A DNA stretch of 43,650 nt, the filler included, from Catajapyx aquilonaris (lineage: Eukaryota): the NCBI GenBank assembly GCA_000934665.2. It is 2 parts of 2 records of this genome, joined end to end, with 100 filler letters (N's around TTAATTAATTAA, not from the genome) between each part and the next. Parts side by side here need not be neighbours in the genome. Positions count along the whole stretch, not along the records: positions 1 to 21,779 come from JYFJ02005981.1; 1 more part is not named here. The stretch is one strand, 5' to 3'. Below the pieces are notes generated by a model that saw nothing but the letters and a program-made list of their open reading frames with translations, made no database searches and was not told the DNA's origin. The translations under genes and the position numbers were made by a program. Below, in pieces: positions 10,195 to 21,387 of the stretch (the first letter of the stretch is position 1; each line of letters opens with the position of its first letter).

Positions 10195-12312
10195 TTATTG
10201 TAGGACATGCATGCGACTTTCACCCCTGCAATATGCCGTCCCAATGAGAAACATCCTATCTCCAAAACTAGCAGGGCCCTGCTAGTTTTGGAGATAGGAT
10301 GTTTCTCATTGGGACGGCATATTTTGAGTTATTTACACTTTGGGATGGTAGAAACTGCTAAAAAAACCGCTTCTCTTGTATACTGACAGTGGTGCAGGTG
10401 CAGCAACTGGTAATATCTTGGGGTCCCCGTAAAGTAGGAATTGGAAAGGGAAGTAGAAAGACATTGGGCTCACTCGGCGTGAAATCACATCGGATTAAGC
10501 CTGGGGTTCCAAAAAGCGAACACGGGTCGGCTGTTACAGTAGTTCAGACTCATCGTTGGCTGTAGATCGGTTGCGGAAAAAAAACAAGCCGGTGGGCCAA
10601 TCTCACATGCGAGCGATAGAATAATGGCCAATTGAGGCCAACACAAATGCATAGAAATGCCACTTTGTCGTACTAAACACGCCCGACTATGGTGCATGCT
10701 AATGGCCAATTAAATCCGATGTGGGGGAGGGGGGGGGATCCAATTCCCTAGGTTCTTCACCTGTAATTGCAATAATCGCGTCACACTAATACCCTTGAGG
10801 GTAGTAAGGTGTCTTTTGGCATCACTGTGCAGATGGCCACCAAACCACCATGCAGATGTGCACATTTTACAGGAAAAGCAGTTGACAATGTAAATCTGTC
10901 ATCAAAAAAAAAAGGCTTGTCCAAGCCGGACCTGGCTGGACAAACTATGCACATTGTGAATTATAGAATCACACTTTTTTTGTGTGTGTTGCCCCCCCCC
11001 TCTGCACTTGTGAATTATGCGGTTTTGTGTCATGATGGTCTCTGTGACGCACCCTCCTCTCCCCTGAGCTTTTTAGGGGGGGGGGGGGGNGGGGGATGGA
11101 ACCAGGGGAAAGTTCATGCACATATTTGCACTCGACAGATGGCTGGTATATACACATACTTGTTACTGATGTCATTTACCTGGGACCATTCGAATGTAAA
11201 CTTTGTGCCAGGTCACTCATGCAGAAATTGACCTCCTTTTAACTCAATTGCGCCCAGTTTTCATACCGCAGTAACGCAATACTATTTTTAAAACCATTGT
11301 TTTGTTTATCCTCAGGGGGGTTTCATTAATGTGCGAAACATGCCGTGGACCGTAAATTATATTTTTTTTTTAGTCCAGTACTACGCAAATGAATAGTTGA
11401 TTAGCCTCAGCGTAAAAAGGCCTGGTGGGCCACATGAGGAAAAAAAACAACAACAGCGAGTTAATTTCGAGTGCATAGTGTGTGACTCTAGGAGACACTC
11501 TTCAGGGTGCAATTAACGTGTCGACTATTCGGCTAGTATGAAAGGTGCAATATCTTACTCCCCTAGCTCCCTGCCCTCCACCCACAAACGCAATAATGCT
11601 ATGCGTGTATACATTATTTATGCCTGGGTTGGCGTCCCCCTTTTTTTTCAGGGAGAGGGAGGTGGGAGGAGGCCCTTTAATGAATTTACAGGACAAGAGG
11701 GGGAAAAAAGCAATTACTCGCCTCATTACTGAACGCCTCACGAGCGCGTAATTTTTCCAGGGGACGCTTTCCTGGCCCAGGAATATCCCCTGAGGTCACT
11801 AAAGGTCGCCATGCATTTTTTTTTCATGTGTCTGCTACTATTAAAGGCTATAAAACGTGTGTCAAATCGGTATTTCCCCCATTTTTATTAGCTAAAATTA
11901 GCTTACAAATATTTCATCCTTCTGTATTATTGTTGCAATTTTTGGAGTAAGTACCTGGGCGTCCCAGCAGCTGGCTCTGGCTCCTGAATCCGCCATCTTT
12001 ATCCTCCCTTTTCATGCAATTTGGAAAATCCTACGCGTAAATAATTAGCGGTAGGCTTGTGACACGGAATGAAACACTTAGTGGGTCTCACCTGGAATGC
12101 AGCAAGTGTAAATATGCATAGCGGGCGGGAGAAATTGATGGAACAGGGCCTCGGGCATAAACAGACAGCAACATCAGTCAAGCGGAAGGCGCCATTTATC
12201 AACCTGGGACTTGCTGTATAACGTGGCTCTAGCCAGAATTTCATAAGACACATTGGGCCTAATGGGGCTATTTGGGTGTTGGGTGTAGCACAGCCTATAG
12301 CCTACCCTTTAA

Positions 12313-12925
12313 GGGGGCACTACTGTCATCGACATTCAAAAAAAAAAATCAATTTTTAAAAAAATATATACAGTATTTCTGAAGAAAAAAAAATCAAGCG
12401 TCTTTTCCTGCTTCGGTTATATGGGTGGTTTATAGGCTGATTTTTGCCATTTTTAATTTAGTTCATATTTTGGGTTAGCTTGTGGCTCTCCCGTCATCGC
12501 TGACTATACCCCTTATAAGGAAATGTTGTGATGGTGTTGTTTAATTTTAGTTATTTTTTAATTTATAAAAATAACCGCGGCCTCTCACGGTCCCCCTGGG
12601 CCTGCTCCATGGCCCCCTTGTGGGGTCATGACCCCCAGGTTGGGAACCCCAGTTCTAGGTCAAACGAAAACTACATGCTCAAGGAAGCCTGAGGTCCAAT
12701 TTGACGCTTGTAGGTTGACCCCAGCGCCCTAAATCGTGGTTACAGTGGCTTGACGTCACGCGGCCCTGGAGGCCCTTCGACAAACGAACGTGATTCGATT
12801 ATAGGCGCTAATAGGTCTTTGACTTATGTACATTCATGAAAATGACGTCCCAACTTCTTGTCTCTAATGGTTTGTTTTGTCAATTTTTCACAAAACCCTT
12901 GATTTTTTTTGACTGTAGTTCCCCC
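12313..12925. mobile_element. TTAA-specific MITE (Kolobok-like) with internal insertions
   Basis: TTAA|gggggcactactgtc ... gactgtagttccccc|TTAA. Contains the short retroposon at 12463 and a hAT-MITE-like end (ggggtcatgacccccaggttgggaacccc, ~12622-12650). Confidence 0.7.
12463..12539 (+). mobile_element. ~80-bp retroposed element, copy 2
   Basis: Homologous to 5764-5849 and starts at the same point (tcatattttgggttagcttgtggc); imperfect TSD tttaatt(t)tagtt. Confidence 0.75.
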
Positions 12926-12959
12926 TTAATGTTGCCACTCTCAGTAATCCTAACTCATA

Positions 12960-13232
12960 TCTACAAGTATATAAATAAAGCAGTTTGTGAGTCTGTCTGT
13001 CTGTCCGCCTGCCAACCGTCATTAGCCTGCCATCTGTGCTCCACCCCCAGGCCGGGAGAGGATGGAGGTGTTGGGGGTTGACTACAGATGGCAGGCAAAT
13101 GACGGTTGCCGTTATACAGGGGGGAGAGGTTCAAGGTGTTGGAGTAGCAGGACCACAGATGGCATTGGTGGGCGGACACACAGAAAGACAGACAGTTGAC
13201 GGGGGTACTAGCAGGTGTTTTCCCTTCATTAA
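12960..13232 (+). mobile_element. Non-autonomous Helitron copy 2, 3'-truncated
   Basis: A|TC start; highly similar to 3105-3460; lacks the hairpin/CTAG end. Confidence 0.8.
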
Positions 13233-13989
13233 TTATATATAAGAAGTCGAATCGTTTGAGTCCGTATTTATTTTCCAAGGGAGGTTTTTGGATGTGGCTA
13301 TTATTGTGGTTTGTATCGACAGAACTGATCACGTGCTAATAACACTCTGGAGTTTTATTCGGGCGCTTGTTTTACAGCGTTTACCTAACCTCATCAATGC
13401 AAGCACTACTGGTTAAGAGCTGGAAAACCGGGGCTATCACATGATTAATTGGCTTCGAGTGAACCAATTTTATCCGCATTCTATCAATCCTGCACAGCTT
13501 ATCGGATCAGTTGAGCCGCCACCGAAAAAGAGGCGGTAGAGAATCAAAAAAAAAAGAGAGAGAAAAAAAAATCGGCTCTCGGGCTATGGGGGGGGGGGGG
13601 GGGGGNCCATAAATTAAAAAATCAAGTAGCGGTTGTAAAACTAAGTCCGATCGGAACAAACTGCGCTCGGCCGCTGCTACTTTGTCAGATTAAAAGCGCC
13701 CCCCCCCCCCTACACTGTACCTCCTGGCAATATCCGGCTAGTGACCGATTCTAACGATCCCTGTCCTTAAAACCAGATTCACTTTGACTGATTAAAACCC
13801 ACTGCATATATGAAACATGTCTTGAGGAAAATAGTCAATAGTGGTTCTAAAACGTCTTAATCATCCAATTTGAATATCTGCAGGAGTTTATTGGAACACA
13901 GCATGCAAGTCATTTGCTGCAAATTGCAACCTTTGCTTTTGAAGTTTAGCGCTCAAAAAAACAGAAAGAAAAATCGCAGAAAGGAAGAC

Positions 13990-14140
13990 AAATCAGTCCT
14001 AACTGAAGGCTATATTTAAAACTAATTTTATTTGCGTGACAAACCCTACAATTGGGAAGAAAATGGCGTGTGCTATTTGGGCCGCACCTTGATGGACATG
14101 AATCACGCTTTGATGTTTGGATCTTCTGGCATACCCTGTA
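13990..14140 (+). mobile_element. Possible Tc1/mariner MITE right end
   Basis: Ends ...ttctggcataccctg|TA; no matching left TIR identified; left boundary approximate. Confidence 0.35.
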
Positions 14141-15259
14141 CTGTGTAAGTGGTGTTAAAATGTGTGGTGTTAGGTGTGGCCTCATGCTATATATTGATGA
14201 AACTGGTGTCCGGAAATGGCAGCGAATTTTTGGTGCCAGTGTCTTGGAATGAGGCAAATATTGATTCAGGCGACTGGTAACCCCTCCCACATGTAAACAT
14301 GCTATGCCAACATGTGCTGAATAAATTGCGGGGACACAAAAGGAAAGTAAATGGGCTCGTTAGGTCCTGATTACTGAACTTGATGCAACGTAATCAAAGG
14401 CAATCCCATGCAAAATTCATCACAGTACATGTTTGATACTTCCAAATAACCTGGTCGCACGTAATACTGCATAACTTGTACTGTTGCCGACCATTAGCTG
14501 GTGCTACTAATTTGCGTCCAAATGTGATGACCAAACTTGTACTCGCTTGTTGTGAACAATGTTACAAAGACTAGGTTTTTTTTAAATGCGATTTGTGTGT
14601 GCAACATGATATGAAAAATCATGCTTGTTAATGAGTTGAACCATTACAATAGGTGTGTACTGAATGGGGCGAATCGGTTCTTGCAATAAGATAGTTCATA
14701 GCCTATTGTTTACAAAGCGTTTCTACATGCTATTGTTCAATGTGGAAATCGGTTGATCAGAATCTGTATATAACAATGTGAGGTATAAACAATCACCATT
14801 ATGCGGGTATTTTCCTTTTTTTTGGATTACAAATGCAGTACAAGCCAGTAAACCCATCAAAAAAATGCCGCTAGTGAAGTGAATCTTCAACGTCAAAATA
14901 AAGCAAACCAAAAAGTACAAGAAGAAATCAAGTCCCTAAAAGTGATCTAAAGAGACACTCAAATTAAGTTGCTGTAGACATTATAATACCAACTTCACCC
15001 ATTTTATCACAGTTGATTATAGTGTCTGGTGTCATCTTTATAGTTTATGAGCCTTCCAGATATCGTGTGGGCCTTGACCTTCATTATTAGCCCACATCTT
15101 CACCCTCTTTTGGCCGAATCTTAATCTTCGTGTAATTGCAAGAAAAGTCATTTCACATTGAGTAAAACCCTTGCTTTTTGACTGCATATTCTCTCATTGA
15201 CTCGTGGCCTCTAATGCATTGTATACGTGATTGTTATTAATTAATATTATTGACGCTGC

Positions 15260-15538
15260 ACCGAAGCAGTTGGAGTAGAGGATATGGTGTCCGACTGCTA
15301 ATCGGGAGATCCTGGGATCGAATCCCGGGGCCGGCAACTCTGACCGTGGTTTTCTGTGGTTTCCCACGGTCCTTCCAGGATAATTCCGGAGTTGCTTCCG
15401 TAATTAATAGGCCACAGCCGCTTCCTTCCGTCCCTATCCTATCCCAAAAAGTGCAGTAAAAATGAAAAGCAAAGAGAACCTGACAAAAGAAACTTCCCCC
15501 CTAAAGAGCCGAAAAAGGCTGATAATGGGGTATGAATT

Positions 15539-15579
<41 letters not shown>

Positions 15580-16049
15580 TTTGGGATCCCCCTTGAGACC
15601 AATTGGTCAATGCAGGGGGAGGAGATCTCCTCCATTTTTCTAACTTTTCAATCTCACCGGTGCAGGGACAGGGAAGGGATAGGGAGGGAGGAACAAAGGT
15701 GCAGTGCATTGTCCTGTGGTGGGGGCCGTGTGCAGTCCCTCAGGGGGCCAAGCTTAGACACCCCTCTAGGCGCGGCCGGAAGCCCCCCACCGAACACCGC
15801 GCCTCCTCCAGGGAAAGGAAGGAAGCGGCTGTGGCCTATATAACGGTACGATCCCGGGATTTCCCTGGAGTGACCTTGGAAAACCACAGAAAACCAAGGT
15901 CAGGACCGCCGGCCTCCGGGACTCGAACCCAGGACCTCCCGATTAGCAGTCGGACACCATATCCACTACACCACTACTGCTTCGGTGGGTATGAATTATT
16001 ATTATTATTATTGTTGTTGTTGTTGTTGTTGTTGCTGTTGTTGTTGTTG
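15260..16049 (+). mobile_element. tRNA-derived SINE copy 3 (tail split by copy 4; ATT/GTT microsatellite tail)
   Basis: accgaagcag start, A/B boxes; TSD ttgacgctgc at 15250-15259 and 16050-16059. Confidence 0.9.
15540..15986 (-). mobile_element. tRNA-derived SINE copy 4, longer variant, nested antisense in copy 3
   Basis: Reverse complement begins accgaagcagtagtggtg; (AAAT)n tail; 12-bp TSD gggtatgaatta (15528-15539, 15987-15998). Confidence 0.9.
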
Positions 16050-16901
16050 TTGACGCTGCGCGACCTACAAAAAGTTACTATTTCTCACTTAATATATCGG
16101 TCATAGAGAATTGCTATAGAGCCTACCCTAAATTAATCTTAAAAGTGCACTGGAGAATTTTGATAACTTTATTTTGAATTAAAAATTGAAAGTGACTTTG
16201 CAAAAAAAAAAACGTTATAAAATTATTTTGACTTACAGATTTTTTCTGATCGAAAAAAAAGTCTTATGGAACGGCTCTGTCCATCCCTCTATCTGTGGAC
16301 AGGTATCAGGGCCAATTCCGCAAGATATAGCGACAAACTGTTTTCACAAATAGGTTTCATGGTCAACTTCCGGTTTTCCAGGTTCACACTATCCGCACAA
16401 GTCGTTGGATTTCATTCGAATTCAGTTTCCGTGGATTTCTGACCATGTGTGTCGGGGATTTACCCAGGGTTTTACCTGGCGCTCTGGCACAGTGGCTGTG
16501 GAATTAATTTCTGACTTTGGACATGTTTGCGATACTGGCTCATACTTAAGATAATCAGTAAATGTCTCATCGAATCATGCTAGCGTGACTTGCCCAGGAT
16601 CTTGTTAGAAGAGTATAGTACTCTATTATGTCCTTAAAATCTCGCTGGGTCATTCATAATTGGCTGCAGTTTATTTTTGACGAATATTGTGAGCGATTAA
16701 TATTTCCGACTATTTGGTAAATTTTTACTATTCTGACAATAGAGATATATACGAAGCTTTCCTCTTGCGACCTTTCGTGCATGTACCCCCATAACGAGTT
16801 TTTTTGTGTGTGGAACTACTTGTATTTACTAGCTGGTATCTTGGGTAGACCTACCAATGACGTTCAGAAGTGACGTTTCATTGCGGCAATAATGGAATTC
16901 C

Positions 16902-16915
16902 GTTACCAAGGTGAT
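16902..16915 (+). promoter_or_regulatory. RFX X-box-like motif upstream of the CFAP20 homolog
   Basis: GTTACCAAGGTGAT resembles GTTNCCATGGNAAC and lies ~215 bp before the ATG. Two TGACGT CRE-like half sites at 16858 and 16871. Confidence 0.45.
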
Positions 16916-17130
16916 CTGTCGAAGGCATTGTTAGTAGTTGTTTGAACTTTATTCCTGGAGCGAGGGTGGACGTCGTCGGATTTGATTTCCCACGTTTAGA
17001 CTCCCCTCAACTCCAGCGAGTAAAGAGACAAACGCAAGGGGGCAAAGCACAGCTCGAGAGGAAGGTACCGTACCGTCAGACTAAGACTCCTTGCTTGGAA
17101 GTCGGCCCGTCCAAAGAAATCCCAGCCAGA

Positions 17131-17253
17131 ATGTTTAGAAGCACGTTCGACAACGGACTCCTGTCCATCTTCTTCAGTTTGGGCTACAGGCCACTCCAGA
17201 TGTGGGGCTATGCGGTGAAAACAGGAAAAGGCGTTGGACCAAGACAGATAGAG
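17131..17253 (+). CDS. CFAP20: CFAP20/BUG22 homolog, coding exon 1 (3' end ambiguous: 17214 or 17253)
   Basis: MFRSTFDNGLLSIFFSLGYRPLQMW aligns to canonical [25 protein letters not shown]. Phase-0 GT donors at 17215 and 17254. Confidence 0.8.
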
Positions 17254-17347
17254 GTAGAGCTTATAGTGATAGAAGACATTGCAATCGGTTTCGAATAGAT
17301 TTTAGTTTTCACAAAGGCTTACACCATGTCCTTCCGATTCCCTGTAG

Positions 17348-17545
17348 GAGACCCTGCCGGTTGGACACATCAAGCGCATAACCGACAGCGATATGCAGTC
17401 CATGGTTCTGGAGATGTTGGGCCCCAACAGCTCTCTCACCTACATCACCTGTCCGTCAGACCCCACGGAGAGCCTCGGTATCGAGCTGCCCTTCTTAGTA
17501 ATGATCATCAAGAACCTCGAAAAGTACTTCACCTTTGAAGTCGAG
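17348..17545 (+). CDS. CFAP20: CFAP20/BUG22 homolog, coding exon 2
   Basis: Acceptor ttccctgtag; encodes GHIKRITD...TYITCPSDP...[24 protein letters not shown]; donor gag|gtgcgt. Confidence 0.9.
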
Positions 17546-17964
17546 GTGCGTAATTTGGTCAGAAATATTTCTACCGTAACAGCTTCAGCTCTTTAGAGTT
17601 TAGACAGGCCTACAGTGAAACTGGTATTTCCATTTACTAGTCTCAGAACATTGCATTTCATATAAGTGATGGCGTAGCATTAATGTATTTTTTTCATTGT
17701 TGTGGCAGAATCCATTAAACTGTAAGTTCACATCAATGGATCCCATCCTGTATCAGTAACGGCACATTCTTAATATCTGAATAAGTTCCAACTGACCCCC
17801 TTTACCATAGTCATATGGCTGGATGTGCGCTTCCATGGTAAAGAGGTATTGTTACTCCACAAATTGCATTTGATTTAAATTCCCCGAATAATGGCAAAAA
17901 ATTAACCAATTATTTTCGAAATGGACGATGTTTACCACTATATCTACTCTCACTCTCTCCACAG

Positions 17965-18270
17965 ATCCTAGATGACATGAACCAGCGCCGGCTATTTCGA
18001 GCTTCCAACTCCAGGACTTCAACCCGCATTACGCCGCACCTCTGCACTCTGCCCCTACGCCTGGTGGACAACTGGAACCAGGTCCAGTTTAGCTTAGCGG
18101 ACTTCACAGCCCAAGCCTACGGAACCAAGTACGTCGAGACTGTGCGAATACAGATAAACGCCAACTGCTGTGTCCGCAGGGTGTACTTCTGCGACAAGCT
18201 CTACTCGGACGATGAACTGCCTCTCGAGTATAGGGTGTACCTGCCTTTCCCGAGATACCCCGGGAACTAG
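17965..18270 (+). CDS. CFAP20: CFAP20/BUG22 homolog, terminal exon
   Basis: Strong acceptor ctctctccacag; encodes ILDD...FRASN...WNQVQF...AYGT...RRVYF.D.LYS.DELP; TAG stop; AATAAA at 18475. Confidence 0.93.
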   Translation: MLDDMNQRRLFRASNSRTSTRITPHLCTLPLRLVDNWNQVQFSLADFTAQAYGTKYVETVRIQINANCCVRRVYFCDKLYSDDELPLEYRVYLPFPRYPGN

Positions 18271-20597
18271 AAGGCAAGGTGGAATCATGGGCTCCAGAAA
18301 AGTACAGGAGGGTTCGCGACACTACAGACCATGCAAATGTAATTGCATACAAACCCTCTCTGAAAACATCACAGCATAAAAGCATTTGTTTTATGCTTGC
18401 GTATTTACAGGCATTACCCCTTCATCACCCCTTGAAAGGCCGTCTGTTTGCTGCGCCCCCATTTTTTTTCCTAAAATAAAGGCGCATTTTGTGCTAATAC
18501 AGTGTGTTATTTCACCAGCGATAGATTGCATCCCACTGTCCACAAAATGCAAATGATTGGTGTGGACACTTGAACAATAACAACATTGTCACAATAAAGG
18601 TCATTCACCTCTACCTCAACCTAATCCTATTCATGTATACTAGCTTACCCTGACATTCGCTCTAGAAGAGTTGCTCAGGTCTTGACCATGTCTCGAGCAA
18701 GTCTTGATATCCGGTGTAACTGAGTAACCAACCTCATGTGACACTGACAAGTGGGTGCACTGGGTTCCTACTGCATGACCAATGTGTATCCAATAGGATT
18801 GGTTTTACTGAGTTCGATGCTCCCAGCCGAAATGTAAGGGTCATTAAATTTTAACCTACCCATGTGGGTGTCTGGTCACACAATTTGTCCCATCTCTCTC
18901 ATTGACAGTTCCGCCCAGCAGTTGCAAATCATAGTTTCCAAGAGAGATGCTTTGGTCCCTTCACTCCAAAACCACTGCATCCCTACCACCCCCTTCACCA
19001 ATTAGCATACATTGAGATGGAAAGAGCTCTTACCCTGTCTTATTCATACCCGCATCAGCTGGCCCAGATGCCATCTCTTCCCACGCAGATCACCTCTCCC
19101 TGCTGGAATAATCCGGAAAACAGCAAACCGCACTTGCCAGCCGGAAACGCCCTCTGCTACTCAGCCTGTAAATGAAAAAATGTCCCTAAGTCTTACGTCA
19201 CCCCAAAAAAAATGCAATGTTTCCTTCAGGCAGTCATTTTTTTTATTACTCTCTTAAATCTCATTTGTCGGAACAGAAAAATATAATTCGGCACACTCAC
19301 GCTCATTTGCAAATAACTGCTTTGTCAGTTGGCACGTGGTGTCACCTAAGGTATAATCAATACATATAATCTGTATGCAGCACCCATAGTAAAATAAGAC
19401 CCATAACTACTGGCTTTTGGGAGGGATACAATCATTTGGCAGAGAAAGAAATAAACAAGTATTCATTTTCAAATAGCAACAACAATGATGACAACAATTA
19501 TCAACAGGGGATAAACTAGTATCAAAACTATTGCAAAAAATCAACCTGAACGTATTTCACATCTTCTAAAAATCATCGTTGCGTAGCTTTTTTATTACAA
19601 CCACAGCATGCCTGGTGATTTAACAATAAGAGCCACTCTTGTAACATTGCACATATTTTTGACGAATTGAAAGTGGCACTTACAACAAACAGCACGCTAT
19701 TATTGTTATTTACTATTATTAGCTGCGTCACAACCCAGGTACCTGCACAAAACTCCCATCTTGATAAATTGAGTGGGAAGTTGGGAAACGAAGCTAATTT
19801 GCATGTGTCCAGTCACAGGGTCAACGTGTGACCGAGACATATTATTTTTAGAGAGAAGCACCAACAGATATCACATGTATAACAGAACAAAATGACATAG
19901 ATTGAATCGAATTTTTAAAGTTTTGTTTTTTGTGGAAACACCAAGAAAATGTCTATCAGTAACCCGTCCTTTTGATTGTACAGGCAAAGTCGACTCCCCC
20001 ATTTCTTATAATATAATAAAGTCTTGGTCTCTTGTGCTCAGGCCTTATGCTACCCTAGAAGGGGACAGAGGGGAGAGAAGAAAAAAAAAAAATCTGCTGC
20101 AAATGACTAGCATAATGTAATATAGTTTTAAGTAGACCATGAGCAAAAAACCAGTATCGAAAAGGAACGGTAAATGCTATGGTTTTCACACTCCACATGC
20201 ACGCACTGGCCAAAAATAACTGGTAAACTTGCACTCTAAAACATCATTATATACAGTGTGTATGTGCATCTCATTATATTGTGGTGTAACACCAGTCTTC
20301 CATTGTAAAATAAAGGAAAACAGCCTCTGCATGCATGACAAGACAAAACATCTAGGTTTGCCAATCAATCAAATTCAGGCCCGATACCAGTGAAACATAT
20401 CGAGATATCCACATCGAGAGTCTGAGGAAGACCCACTGTAGATTTACCTGTGCATAATTATACATAGGTTGGCAAAGGTAGATGTTCTGACTAGCATGGC
20501 TTATTGAAAATAATATAATAAATCCTTGGGGCACCTAATAGGAAGAACGAAAACAAAAGTAGGGATGGGGTGGAGGGGTGGGGAATGAGGGTTTCGA

Positions 20598-20863
20598 TCA
20601 CAGTTTTCCATCACACTTCTTCAAATGCTCCTGCATGCAGTGCAGAGTAGCTAGCAACTGCTGCTTCTCCTCAGCCAACATAACTAGTTGTGCCTGGGAC
20701 TCAATCAGGTCTTGCCGCACTGTGTCCATCTCTGAGAGGCGCTTCTGCAGGTCATCATTCTCCCGACGTAGGTCATCTGCTGCCACAGCTTTCCGACGAA
20801 GTGCATCATTCTCCCGCAAGAGGGATGTCAGACGAGATGCCAGCTCAGTAGATTCAGGGTTGC
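20598..20863 (-). CDS. Terminal exon of an unidentified coiled-coil protein gene
   Basis: Acceptor tgttgcag (phase 1), then GNPESTELASRLTSLLRENDALRRKAVAADDLRRENDDLQKRLSEM...EEKQQLLATLHCMQEHLKKCDGKL*. Heptad pattern with an internal LREND repeat; followed by AT-rich UTR-like sequence. Upstream exons not found. Confidence 0.7.
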
Positions 20864-21182
20864 CTGCAACACATGCTTAAATTAATATTCTACCAATGTG
20901 TGGCCCAAGTTGATGTAATTTTGGCACGCAAAATTGGTGGAAGCTGATATCAGTGGCACTGCCAGTACCAGCCGGGTGTAAGAGATGTTCAAGGTCTGTT
21001 GAGAAGTATGCATGTGAAACAGGTCAAAAACTGGGTTTTCACTTCATGCAATAGGTCGAAAAGAATAAAATTATTTGACACAAAATCTGTCCTTTGCAGT
21101 TTCACTCTTGCAAGAAAGAAGTTTAGGGGACACTGGCATAAATACAGTGTGTTCCAAGTATCCTTAGTTATTGCAAATTTTT

Positions 21183-21318
21183 CCCAAAGTAATTTGTGTA
21201 GATTTTTGCACCCCTATCGAGGTTCCCAATTATTCACAGGTGTGGTCGAAGATAGCAGCTGCTGTATAATTGAACTCCTCGATTAGGCTGCAAAAAGCTA
21301 CACAAAAATAACTTTGGG
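21183..21318. repeat. Degenerate inverted repeat (MITE remnant)
   Basis: cccaaagtaatttgtgtagatttttgcacccctatcgagg vs cctcgattaggctgcaaaaagctacacaaaaataactttggg. Confidence 0.55.
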
Positions 21319-21387
21319 ATGGATTATTTGCAGTGTTTAACAATCATTTCTACTGGAAGTTGTTCCTAATTGTGTTATATATGAAAA

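Larger units (their letters stand above)
9276..10335. mobile_element. Foldback/MITE host element carrying nested insertions
   Basis: Left end taaataactaaaaatatgccgtcccaatgagaaaca... is the inverse of right end ...tgtttctcattgggacggcatattttgagttattta. The internal sequence is also palindromic once inserts are removed. Confidence 0.75.

Noticed and set aside
10795..10815. let-7-like sequence; also a miR-12-like seed at ~36058
   Set aside because: Only partial matches with indels, and no precursor hairpin.
15603..16106. 167-aa ORF and other 60-190 aa ORFs in the track
   Set aside because: They fall in SINEs, Helitrons, microsatellites or N gaps, or are shadows of real exons; no protein-like features.
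16942..17130. N-terminal extension of CFAP20 suggested by ORF 16942..17298
   Set aside because: It starts at TTG; homology begins at ATG 17131.
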